Assembly: GCA_963749225.1 (NCBI GenBank)
Contig: CAVVLY010000005.1
Coordinates: 95,437-159,436 of the forward strand
DNA: 64,000 bases
Source of the DNA: an uncultured Nitrososphaerota archaeon
GTDB taxonomy: Archaea; Thermoproteota; Nitrososphaeria; Nitrososphaerales; Gagatemarchaeaceae
Direction of reading: 5' to 3'
Part shown: one piece after another, positions 30,416-39,888 of the stretch
Layout of the letters: every line of letters starts with the position of its first letter
Position numbering within the stretch: the stretch's first letter is position 1
Position numbers and translations under genes: made by a program
Notes under the pieces: model-generated
Databases searched by the model: none
Seen by the model: only the letters and a program-made list of their open reading frames with translations
Told to the model about the DNA's origin: nothing

Positions 30416-31799
30416 CGAGCCAGCCGGAGATGGACGAGGGGGGTCGGAAGCCGCTCTTGATGGCCGTCGACCTCAAGAAGCACTTCCCCGTCAAGACCGG
30501 AAGCCTCCTCGGCGGCACGCTATACGTCCGAGCCGTCGACGGCGTGAACCTCACGGTCAGGCAGGGCGAGATAGTGGGCCTCGTGGGCGAGAGCGGGTGC
30601 GGCAAGACCACCTTGGGAAGGCTGCTCCTGAGGCTGATAGAGCCGACGAGCGGGGACATCCTGTTCGACCAACCCCCAGAGGCCTTGGAGGAGTTCTTCG
30701 GCGCGAAGGAGGACGCGGAGCGCGACCCGACGAAGGTGGCACGATTCAAGGCCGTGGAAAAGAAAACCTCAGTCACCAAGTACAGCGGGAGCAAAATGAA
30801 GAAGTTCCGAAGCCAGATCCACATCGTCTTCCAGGACCCGAACTCGTCCCTCAACCCCAGGATGTTGATCCGGGACATCGTGGCGGAACCGCTCAGGGCT
30901 CATCACATCGGGTCGAGGGAGGAGCGGAACCGCAGGGTGGACCATCTACTGGAGGCATGCGGACTGGGCAGTCAGTACGCGACCCGGTACCCGCACGAGC
31001 TCTCGGGAGGCCAGCGGCAGCGCGTTGCGATCGCAAGGGCGCTCGCCATGTCCCCCAAGCTGATAGTGCTCGACGAACCGACCTCAGCCCTCGACGTCTC
31101 GGTCCAGGCACAGATACTCAACTTGCTCAAGCAGCTAAAGGCGGATTTCGACCTCAGCCTGGTCTTCATCTCCCATCACCTGATCGTGGTCAGGTCGATG
31201 GCCGACCGCATTTCGGTGATGTATGCGGGGGAGATCGTGGAGGAGGGCGAGACCGAGGAGGTGTTCGGGCGGCCCCTCCACCCCTATACCAACGCGCTCT
31301 TCTCCGCGGTGCCCATCCCGGACCCCAAGGCGAAGAAGGGCAAACTAGTTGTCCTGGGCGAGGTGCCGGACCTCACGAACCCGCCCCAGGGGTGCCGGTT
31401 CCATCCGCGTGCTGTCCATCCGCCTTCGAAATATGCGGCTGGGTCTCCAGGGAGGCGGTTGAACCTCTTCTTTCGGTGCTCTCATCTGGGAGGTACCAGG
31501 AGTTGACCCCTCTCCCAGAGGTCGCAGGCTACGAGATAGTCGATGAGCTGAACTTCAAGGTCTCGCTGAACGGTTCTATCACCGAAGCTGACCTCCAAAA
31601 GGTCAGGCACGCCGTCGCCACCGAGAGGACCGACACCATTGGTGGACGACCGCTCAAATCGCTCCGGGAAATCACGCTCCAGACCTCCGAAGGGAGGTCT
31701 GTGCTGGCCGTCTCCCTCCATCAGTATGAAGTGCCCCATCTCAAAGCGATAGGGGGAGGCAAGCACACCGTCTCGTGCCACCTCTACAAGTCCGAGTGA
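30412..31799 (+). pseudogene. ABC transporter ATP-binding protein (DppF/OppF-like); frame break near 31408-31412 and an expanded C-terminal domain
   Basis: The ATG at 30412 overlaps the previous stop (ATGA). 'GESGCGKTT', 'LSGGQRQR', 'LIVLDEPTSALD'. After 'GCRFHPR' the next frame gives 'CCPSAFEICGW...(~100 aa)...KHTVSCHLYKSE*'. Confidence 0.85.
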
Positions 31800-31819
31800 A
31801 GACTGCTGGGCGCCGCTTT

Positions 31820-32659
31820 CTACTCCGCGAGCTCGATGAGGTCGCTCATGCCGACGACTCTCACCTTCGGGTATCTGTCCTGTACCCAGGTCATGATGCG
31901 GTCGATGAAAATAGCACCGGGGTTGCCGCCGGCGTAGCTCGACTCGGGGATGGGGTCAGGGTAGAAGTTGATCATGTGTAGCATCACTACGGAGAACAAC
32001 CCCGCGTCGAACCTCGTCTTGATGTACGATTTCGCGGCCTCGAAATACTTGTCGAAGTTCCCGGGCTCGTACAGGTTCTTGAAGAAGCTCCTCCTGTAAA
32101 AGTCGACGTAGACCGTGAAGGGTATCTCGCATATGTCAGGGGTCCTCTTCGCCACCCTGACCAGCGGGTCCACCCCGTTGATCCCGGGATAGTTGGCGAT
32201 CGCCTTGAAGCCGTTCACCCGAAGGATTTCGTAGAAGGTGGTCAGCTCCTTGGGGACGAAGAGCCCGACGTGGTTAGCCCCGCAGGCGATGAAGACCTTG
32301 TAGGTCTCTCCGAAGAACTGCTTTGCGAACGCCTGCGATTCCGCAAGCACCTCATGGGTCTCCGGGAGAGTGAGCGGCCTGAAGTAGTGGTCCTTGCCCC
32401 CGTAGGACCCCACCTCTCCGATGCCCCCAAAGTCTTCGTGGTACATCCCGTGGCAGGCGATGTCCACCAGTCCCTCGTCGAACGCTCGCTTTAGGGGCGC
32501 CTGGACGACCTCCCAGTCTCGCAGCCAGCCTCCACATATCGCCAGGGTGGCCTTCGTCCTGTGCTTCTCCAGCGCCCGTGCCAAGTTCTCTACCTGCCGC
32601 GCGTCAGGCCACTCGGGCACGTCGTCTATCCTGAACGAGAGGGTGGGTTCTGTTTGCAT
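31820..32659 (-). CDS. Polysaccharide-deacetylase-like (NodB-fold/DUF2334-like) protein
   Basis: 'LSFRIDDVPEW' and 'IACHGMYHEDF' resemble the Asp and His motifs of divergent deacetylases. The assignment is tentative. Confidence 0.4.
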   Translation of the reverse strand: MQTEPTLSFRIDDVPEWPDARQVENLARALEKHRTKATLAICGGWLRDWEVVQAPLKRAFDEGLVDIACHGMYHEDFGGIGEVGSYGGKDHYFRPLTLPETHEVLAESQAFAKQFFGETYKVFIACGANHVGLFVPKELTTFYEILRVNGFKAIANYPGINGVDPLVRVAKRTPDICEIPFTVYVDFYRRSFFKNLYEPGNFDKYFEAAKSYIKTRFDAGLFSVVMLHMINFYPDPIPESSYAGGNPGAIFIDRIMTWVQDRYPKVRVVGMSDLIELAE

Positions 32660-32722
32660 GCCGTCCAGGGGTCAGCACTAAATCGGCTTTAATCCTTGGT
32701 TCCGCGCCTTAGGGGCGCCTAG

Positions 32723-33895
32723 CTAGCCGTAGGGAGCGCTCACGTTGTACGCCCTGTTCACCAGCTGATGCTGCTCGAACCTCTCGAGTCTCAAGGAGGA
32801 TATGTCCATGGAGGTCTCCCCCGTCTCGACGAGCTCCTTCAGGAGGATACCGAAGACCGGTCCGTGCTTGAACCCATGGCCGCTCCATCCCACGCAGTTC
32901 ACGAACCCCTTGACCTCCGACGACTCGCCGACGATGGGGTAGGTGTCTTGGGTGTTCTCATAGAGACCTGAGTACCCCTTCACGACCTTCGCCCCTTTTA
33001 GGACCGGGACCCTCTTGGTGACTTTCTCCGTGACGCTCTCGATGAACTCTTTGTCGGCGCCGGTGTTGTAGTGGTCAGGGTCGCACGGGGCCCCGAAATA
33101 GTGTCCTCCCACGTGGGCAACCCCTCCCTTCATGGGCCTGACGTACACCTGCATGTCGTGGTCCGAGATGGTCGGTTTGGTCAGCTCCCAGGGCTTCGCG
33201 GGCAGTAGGTCCACGAGCTGTTGGCGCTGCGACTCGACCGGGATGTCCAGGCCCACCATCTTCCCGACGTCCTTGGCCCACGGGCCGGAAGCGTTGATCA
33301 CGATGTCGGTGCTGATTTCACCCCTGTCTGTAGTGACGGAACGAACCCGCCCCTCGGAGGTCTTGATGCCCGTGACCCTGGTCTTGTCGTAGTATTTCGC
33401 TCCGTTCTTCTGGGCATATTTTGAATACAGATCGACCGGGACCTGTGGGTCGTAGACGTAACCGGCGTCCAGGTTCTCGATTCCAGCGTCCACCCCTTCC
33501 ACGCTCATGAAGGGATACTTTGAGGTGATCTGACTGGGAGACAGGAAGTTCACGTTGACGCTGAACCGCTTCATCCTATCGACGATGGTCTTCAGCCCTC
33601 CGCTCTTCTCTTTTGAGACGACGGCAAGGTAACCGTTCTTGACAAACTCTACCGGCTCGCCCACCTCTTTCTCAAAGTTCTCGAAAATCTTCTGGCTGCG
33701 AAGGGCCGATTCTGCTAGGAGGTCAGTGGAATAATTGTGCCTGACCACCGACGCCGACCTTCCGCTGGAGCCCGAGCCCTGGGTATTCTTTTCAATTAGC
33801 GCGACGCTGAGCTTCGTGTCCCTCGCGACGTAGAACGCCGCGCTGACGCCGAAGATGCCTGCTCCTATTATTACCACATCGGCGTGGTCTATCAT
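32723..33895 (-). CDS. FAD-dependent oxidoreductase (DAO family; sarcosine oxidase beta / D-proline dehydrogenase-like)
   Basis: 'DVVIIGAGIFGVSAAFYVA' dinucleotide-binding N-terminus and 'GSSGRSASVVRHNYS'. 390 aa. Confidence 0.85.
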   Translation of the reverse strand: MIDHADVVIIGAGIFGVSAAFYVARDTKLSVALIEKNTQGSGSSGRSASVVRHNYSTDLLAESALRSQKIFENFEKEVGEPVEFVKNGYLAVVSKEKSGGLKTIVDRMKRFSVNVNFLSPSQITSKYPFMSVEGVDAGIENLDAGYVYDPQVPVDLYSKYAQKNGAKYYDKTRVTGIKTSEGRVRSVTTDRGEISTDIVINASGPWAKDVGKMVGLDIPVESQRQQLVDLLPAKPWELTKPTISDHDMQVYVRPMKGGVAHVGGHYFGAPCDPDHYNTGADKEFIESVTEKVTKRVPVLKGAKVVKGYSGLYENTQDTYPIVGESSEVKGFVNCVGWSGHGFKHGPVFGILLKELVETGETSMDISSLRLERFEQHQLVNRAYNVSAPYG

Positions 33896-33964
33896 TCGAT
33901 TCGTCTCATCTCTCCGCTAGGCTTACCTTGAAATCTGTCGCTTCGGATTCCAGTGAGGGGTCGG

Positions 33965-34790
33965 TCACAGGAGAGCTATCTCTTGACCCGCTTTGAGAGT
34001 CCTTGGTAGGACCTGCTCCGCGGAGGGATTCTGGGTGAAGAATTCCCGTAGGCGCTCGAACTCCTCTCTCGGCTGCTTCTTCCAGAGCCCCGCCCGGCTG
34101 ATTGTGGGGAAGCCCAACCGGTGCATGTCCACCATCATCTCGCTCATCTTGAAGCCGACCACCATGGGGTCGATTATCGGGACGGGGACCTCCTTCGCCT
34201 GCTCGCTGAAGTACTGGGTCATGACTGCGCCCAAGATCGTGCACCCGGGGAGTATGACCTCGGCGCCGTCCTCCAGGCACTGCTTCATCGCGGCGATGGT
34301 CTTGTCCCTCACTATGGAAGGCTTGGTCACCTCAGGGTAGAGCTTGTTCGCGATTATGTCGATGTACCGGACGGAGGCCATCCTGTCTATCAATCCGTAC
34401 CGTTCTATGAGGGCCGTCTCGATCTGGGGGACCGGGGGCGGCAGGGTGAGCAGTGAGAACTTCTTCCCCATCATGCTGACGGCCAGCACCGAGCTCTCCA
34501 TGGCGCCGCAGACCGGGATGTCAACCACGTGTCTGGACTCATAGAGCCCGGGGTCGTAGACGCACGAGATGAAGACCCCGTCGTATCCCTCTTCTTCCGC
34601 CTTGATTATCCTCTCGACCGTGGCGTTGGTGGCCTTTAGCGTGTTATAACCCCAGGTCACATAATCGAGGGGATAAACCGACTTTATGTTCTCGACCTTG
34701 AAATCGACGTCCGGCCGCGCTATCTTGGCGTATAGGTCCTCGGCTCCAGGCTCGGTCGCGCTCGAACGGGTTCAGGACTAGGAGCTTCAT
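33965..34790 (-). pseudogene. Asp/Glu/hydantoin racemase family protein; frame break near 34757-34766
   Basis: 'MKLLVLNPF' (ATG 34790) then shifts to 'SATEPGAEDLYAKIARPDVDFKVENIKSVYPLDYVTWGYN...FISCVYDPGL...IPVCGAMES...VILPGCT' (two catalytic-Cys contexts). Confidence 0.7.
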
Positions 34791-34845
34791 GGAGGAAGTT
34801 TTCTCCTCTCGCATATAAGTGCCTTGTCGTGTCCGGGGCGCCAGT

Positions 34846-36321
34846 TCAACCGCCCGCGAAGTTGTAGACGAGGCTCGCCGCCGCCTTCTCGGAGTCGACG
34901 AAGCCCTTCACGGGAGCAGTGCCGGGTTCGATGACGAGGTACTCGTTTGCAGCGTGAAAACGGCCGCCGTGGCCCACCCCACCCATGCACACGTCCAGCT
35001 TCAGCGGGTCTCTGGCGAAGAGATACGCCGGCCAATAGGGCCCAAGCCCCACCATCCCGAACGTGGGGAGCTTGACGTACTTCACCCCGAACTCCCTGTA
35101 TGTCCTGAAGAGCGCCTCGGCGATGGGAGTGTCGTACCTGCAGCGAGTCCACTTCACGTCCCCGATGACGCTGATCTTGACGTCTGGGTAGCCGTGTGAA
35201 TCGAGGTGCCTACGGAGCTTCTTCACAAGACCCTCCCCATCCTGGTGGGGGACGTACCTGATGTCGTGCTTCGACGTCACCTTTGAAGGCAGGACTGCGC
35301 CCGCAGTCCCGGGCTCGGTGAGCCCTCCCCATATCCCGTCTAGATTCAGAGTGCTGGAGTAGAGGCTCTTGATCAGAAAATCCCTCTTCGTCTCAGCGCC
35401 CTTCATGAGCTTGGGCGCCTTTAGGGCGCGCTTGATGGAACCTGGGTCGGCGTACCTTTCGACCGCCTTCAGCTCTTTCAGCTCCCCTTTCGGTCCCTCG
35501 ATGCCGTCGTTCCATCCCTTTACCAGCACCTCATTGCCGTCCTCGGAGACGAGCGTGGACAACATCTTGATGTGCCGCCAGGCCGGGCTGTCCAGGACCC
35601 GCTTGAAGAGGCCGTGGACGTTCATCTGGGGTCCCCTGCCCCAGCTCTCCCCTGAGGTCTCCAGCTCCACGTAGACGCAGCCCTCCGACCCCGACAGGGG
35701 CCACGCCGTCCCGTCCTCGCGTTGCCATCCGAAACCGGAGACCGCATCGGCATCCCTGAGCTCCGCCTTGCGGTCGTTGACGAACTTGTGGAGGCCTATG
35801 CTCATGCGCTCCTCGTCCCCTTCGGCGATGAGCTTCAGGTTCACGGGGAGGTTCCCTGTGGTGTTCTTGATGGACTGGAGGGCGTTGAGCATCGCCATCC
35901 CCGGGCCCTTGCTGTTGACCGCCCCTCGGCCGATCAGGACCTTTTCGTAGGGCGCCATCTTCACGAGCGCGCCCTCCCACGGAGGGGAGACCCACTGTGC
36001 TTCGTCCTGGACAGGCATGACGTCGTACATGAAATAGAGGAGCAAGGTCTTGTCCTGACCTGCGTCGTACTCCCCGTAAACGACCGGATTTCCCCTGCCC
36101 CACTTGGTCTCCCCGACGTCCACCACCTCAGCTCTCTCGCACCCTAGCTTCTCGAGGTACCGTCGGGTCAGTTCCGCGGAGTCGTCAATACCCTCTCCGG
36201 TGTTGGAGACGCTCGGCTGTTGGATCCACTCCTGTACCCGCCGGAGGTGAGCATCCCTGTTGGCCTCTATGTCCCTGTAGACTAGCTTGAGCTCCTCGTT
36301 CTTCCGTTTTCTCTTGTCCAT
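34846..36321 (-). CDS. M20-family metallopeptidase (dipeptidase/ArgE/DapE/ACY1-like)
   Basis: 'LLLYFMYDVMPV', 'IAEGDEE'. 491 aa with an M20 dimerisation-domain-sized insert. Confidence 0.8.
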   Translation of the reverse strand: MDKRKRKNEELKLVYRDIEANRDAHLRRVQEWIQQPSVSNTGEGIDDSAELTRRYLEKLGCERAEVVDVGETKWGRGNPVVYGEYDAGQDKTLLLYFMYDVMPVQDEAQWVSPPWEGALVKMAPYEKVLIGRGAVNSKGPGMAMLNALQSIKNTTGNLPVNLKLIAEGDEERMSIGLHKFVNDRKAELRDADAVSGFGWQREDGTAWPLSGSEGCVYVELETSGESWGRGPQMNVHGLFKRVLDSPAWRHIKMLSTLVSEDGNEVLVKGWNDGIEGPKGELKELKAVERYADPGSIKRALKAPKLMKGAETKRDFLIKSLYSSTLNLDGIWGGLTEPGTAGAVLPSKVTSKHDIRYVPHQDGEGLVKKLRRHLDSHGYPDVKISVIGDVKWTRCRYDTPIAEALFRTYREFGVKYVKLPTFGMVGLGPYWPAYLFARDPLKLDVCMGGVGHGGRFHAANEYLVIEPGTAPVKGFVDSEKAAASLVYNFAGG

Positions 36322-36396
36322 GCGGCCGGGTGTGAGAGCCGGCGGCTGTCTATTTGAATCTCAGTATTCCGTCCGGTGCTCGACGAGACTGCCTCG

Positions 36397-37365
36397 CTAG
36401 CGTGCCCCTTGGAAGAACCTTCGAGGGTTGCGCACCATGATATCCTCTATTGTCTCCTCACGGACCCCCATCTCTCTCAGCCGTGGAAGGACCCTCCGGG
36501 TGATGAACAGGAATCCATCTGGATTCTGCAGGCTCATGCTATCGCGCAACCCCTTGTTGGCGATGGTGGCCGTGACGTCCCAGTCGTGACCGAGCATTAT
36601 CCTGTCCGCGTGCCCGGCGTCTATGAGCTTCTTCAGGATCAGCGTCCTCTCCTCCCAGCCAGGAGTCCCCGGGGTTTCCCCTCCGGGATATCGGTCCAGC
36701 CCCACCCACGCCCCCTTCTTGGCCAAGCCCGCCAGATAGTCCAAATCCGTGCTATCGTTGCTGTGACCGATGTAGACTCGGCCCAGGTCGACCCCCTCAT
36801 CTTCGAATATCGCGATCTGCTGGTTGCCTACCCGCTCAGGCGCCCAGGTATGTGTGGAGATGGGGACGCCGGTGGCCTTGTGAGCGCGAGCTGCGGCCCG
36901 CAGTACCAGCTCTCCCTCCTTGGTGACCCCGCCCATATCGTTCGCTACCTTGATGATGCCCGCTTTGATGCCGGTCTTCTCGATACCCCTGCTGATGTCC
37001 GAGATGAAGAGCGAGGCTATGAGGTCAGGGCTGGCGTCCCACAGGGACCTGGGAATGTCGAGCCAGCAGCCCGTGGCGCAGATGATCTGGACCCCAGAAC
37101 CTCGAGAGACTTCGCGGAGGAGCTCCGGGTCCCGTCCTGAGTCGAAGGGGGTCACATCGATAATGGTCCGGACCCCCTCAGAGTAAGCCTCTTTGAACGC
37201 GGCAACTCCTCTGCGGATTATCTCTTCCCTGTCGAAGAACGAACCCTCGTAGGCGTGTTGGAGTGGGGTAGGTATGACCATCACGTGCTCGTGAGCGAGC
37301 GTGAAACCGAGTCTTTCGGGGCCCAAGGGCCCGCAAACGGAATTGATTGCCACCAATTGCCTCAA
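36397..37365 (-). CDS. Phosphotriesterase-family (PTE/Php-like) metal hydrolase, second copy
   Basis: 'LGFTLAHEHVMV', 'ISTHTW', 'YIGHSND', 'MLGHDW' metal-ligand contexts. Confidence 0.85.
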   Translation of the reverse strand: MRQLVAINSVCGPLGPERLGFTLAHEHVMVIPTPLQHAYEGSFFDREEIIRRGVAAFKEAYSEGVRTIIDVTPFDSGRDPELLREVSRGSGVQIICATGCWLDIPRSLWDASPDLIASLFISDISRGIEKTGIKAGIIKVANDMGGVTKEGELVLRAAARAHKATGVPISTHTWAPERVGNQQIAIFEDEGVDLGRVYIGHSNDSTDLDYLAGLAKKGAWVGLDRYPGGETPGTPGWEERTLILKKLIDAGHADRIMLGHDWDVTATIANKGLRDSMSLQNPDGFLFITRRVLPRLREMGVREETIEDIMVRNPRRFFQGAR

Positions 37366-37399
37366 AAAAGCGAAGGCAGGCGCGCATATAAGATTGCAA

Positions 37400-37428
37400 A
37401 GCCTATCGATAGCCGGAGCCTATCGTAG
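37400..37428. repeat. Direct repeat AGCCTATCGATAG / AGCCTATCGTAG immediately upstream of the S9 peptidase ATG
   Basis: Copies at 37400-37412 and 37417-37428. The first contains the palindrome CTATCGATAG. The repeat ends 3 nt before the ATG at 37431. Confidence 0.6.
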
Positions 37429-37430
37429 AT

Positions 37431-39438
37431 ATGCACCGGACGAAGAGGAAGGTCGAGGTCAAGGATATCCTCCGCGTGAAGATGGTAAGCGACGCGCAAA
37501 TCAGCCCGGACGGTCGCGCGGTCGCGTTCGTCGTCGCCGACGACCACAAGACCGACCAGGCTGGTGTCGTGAGAAGCGCGATATGGGTAGCTCAGCTCGA
37601 CGAGAGCGGAGCGCCCGTTAAGGGAAGCGCGCGCCTTTTCACCAAAGGAGCGCGGAACGACCTCTCTCCCAGGTGGTCCCCTGACGGTGACACCCTCGCA
37701 TTCCTCTCGAACAGGGAAGGGGACGCCAATTTCCAGATCTATACGATGAGCAGTCACGGCGGCGAGGCGGTGCAGCTGACGAACCTCCCAGGAAAGATAG
37801 GGCCCGCGGCCTTCGGACTGCTCTCCAACCCGATCGCGTGGTCCGCCCGAGGGCACGAAATAGCATTCCTTATGCAGGACGCGGAGACGCCAGAACGCGC
37901 CGAGAGAACAAAACGATCGGGGGGAGTACTCTGGTTCGAAGGCGAGCCCAGATTCCTTCGCATATGGACGGTCGACGTCCGGAGCGGGAAAGCCCTAGCG
38001 AGGAGCAGGGGGCCGTTCCATGTCTGGGAGTTCGACTGGTCCAGTGACGGCAAGACGTTTGCGGCCACGGTATCCGACGAGCCGTATGAGTGGTCTTGGT
38101 ACCAGAGCCAAGCTCGCGACAATCTCCGCGAAGAGCGGGGAGGTGAATGTGGTCCACGACCCATACCCGCGCCAGGTCGCCCGACCGCTCCTGTCGAAGG
38201 ACGGGGCATCGCTCTACTTCCTCACCTCGGTCTGGAGCGACCGGGGGATAATCGCGGGTGACCTTATGGTCGTCCCGACCAGCGGCCGTCGGGGTCGGGC
38301 GCTCGACCTCACAAAGGGGTACAAGGGCAGCGTCAGCTGGATGGAGTGGTGCGCCCCGAACCAGCTGCTCTTCGCGAGCGATGAGAGCACGAGCGCGGTC
38401 CTGGGAACACTGACGGTCGACCCCGAGCGCCGTAGGGAGCCGGTGAGGAGGACTTTGTGGTCGGGGCGCTACGCCATGCAGCCCGGATATTGGCAGAGGT
38501 TCACCCTCTCCCCTTCGACCGGGACGATAGCCACCTCGATGGAGGGGCACACGGAGCCGCCGGAGGCGTGGGCGGGGAAGCTCGCCGCGGATCGGTCTTC
38601 AATCTCGTTGGCATCAATTTCGAGCGTGAATGGAGACCTCGCGGACCTGGCTCTTGGAGAGATACGACGGGTGGAATGGCGCTCGTCAGATGGTCTAAAG
38701 GTGCCTGGTCTATTTGCCGTCCCCCCTGAGGGCTTGAGGAAGGGGCGAGGCAAACTTCCCCTCGTAGTGGTGGTACACGGGGGTCCGACGCTTGCCTTTC
38801 GGTACACCTACTACCTGCACAACTACAGCCAGCCCATCCACCTCCTCGCGTCGAAGGGGTTCGCCGTCCTCGCGCCGAACCCTAGGGGTAGCACGGGCCG
38901 GGGGTTGAGGTACGCCGAGGGCAACGTCAGAGGGATGGGCGCCGGAGACTTCCAGGACATAATGGCCGGCGTCGACTGGTGCATTGAGACCGGTCTCGTC
39001 GACCCCAAGCGAGTCTACATAATGGGACACAGCTATGGCGGTTTCATGGCGGCGTGGGCCGTCACTCAGACCAAGAAGTTCAGGGCGGCGGTAATGATGG
39101 CTGGGATTAGCGATTGGCTCAGCTTCCACGGGACTTCGGACATACCTCTCTGGGACTCGAACCACTACCGCTCTGACCCCTATCGTTCTGGAAACCTGCA
39201 ATCCAAGTTCTCCCCGATTAACTTCGTGAGAAACGTGAGCACGCCGACCCTCATAGTCGTGGGGGCCGAAGACCCATCGGCTCCCCCTACGCAGAGCTAC
39301 GAGTTCTTTCGCGCGCTGAGAGACCTCGGGGTCGAAACCGAACTCTTCGTCTATCCTAGGGAGGGACACGGTTTCAAGGAAGAGGCACACATCACGCATG
39401 TGACCGAAAGGATCCTGGACTGGATAACAAAGCACTAG
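37431..39438 (+). pseudogene. S9-family serine peptidase (acylaminoacyl-peptidase/prolyl oligopeptidase-like); frame break near 38100-38105
   Basis: N-terminal propeller part ('ISPDGRAVAFV','SPRWSPDGDTLAFLS') joins ORF 38020..39438, which holds the catalytic domain ('VVVHGGP','IMGHSYGGFMA','GAEDP...','REGHGF'). Confidence 0.85.
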
Positions 39439-39878
39439 TTGCGCCGTTTCTTTCGTGCCCTGTAGGCACCCTCGAGCGTCCGGATGTATCCGTCCCATGC
39501 TTCGTTCTCGATCTTCCGTTTCTCCTCAGTGGAGAGGGACATCTCCCCCTTCCACCTGTTTCTGAAGCTCATGTCGATGCGAGTCTTGTCTCTCCCTACC
39601 GCATTGAGGATATACTCCGCCGACTCATCGTTGTCCTGTCCGAAATAGTCCATGTGCCACGAGGAGACAGGGCGAAGGGTCATCAGGTCTACGCCCATCC
39701 GCTGGGCTCCATCAGGGAGGGTGTAGACTTCGATGAAGATGACTCTGTTCTTGGTGACCTCGAGCATCCTCCTCGGCTCGCCGTCGAGACGATAGTGCTC
39801 CGAGGAGAAGTCGGTGCACCACTCGTAGACGTATCGGAGGGGCACGTTAACGACTTTGGATAGCCGGAAGACGTTCAA
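39435..39878 (-). CDS. SRPBCC/START-like small ligand-binding protein (tentative)
   Basis: 147 aa. 'VNVPLRYVYEWCTDF' resembles the N-terminal strand-helix of polyketide-cyclase/SRPBCC proteins. Basic C-terminal tail. Confidence 0.45.
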   Translation of the reverse strand: MNVFRLSKVVNVPLRYVYEWCTDFSSEHYRLDGEPRRMLEVTKNRVIFIEVYTLPDGAQRMGVDLMTLRPVSSWHMDYFGQDNDESAEYILNAVGRDKTRIDMSFRNRWKGEMSLSTEEKRKIENEAWDGYIRTLEGAYRARKKRRN

Positions 39879-39888
39879 GGCATTCCAC

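Noticed and set aside
30393-31400. Alternative-frame ORF 30393..31799 (468 aa) across the OppF-like gene
   Set aside because: Only its last ~130 codons look like real protein, and they form the OppF C-terminal extension after a frameshift. The first two-thirds are R/G/P-rich overprint of the ATPase frame.
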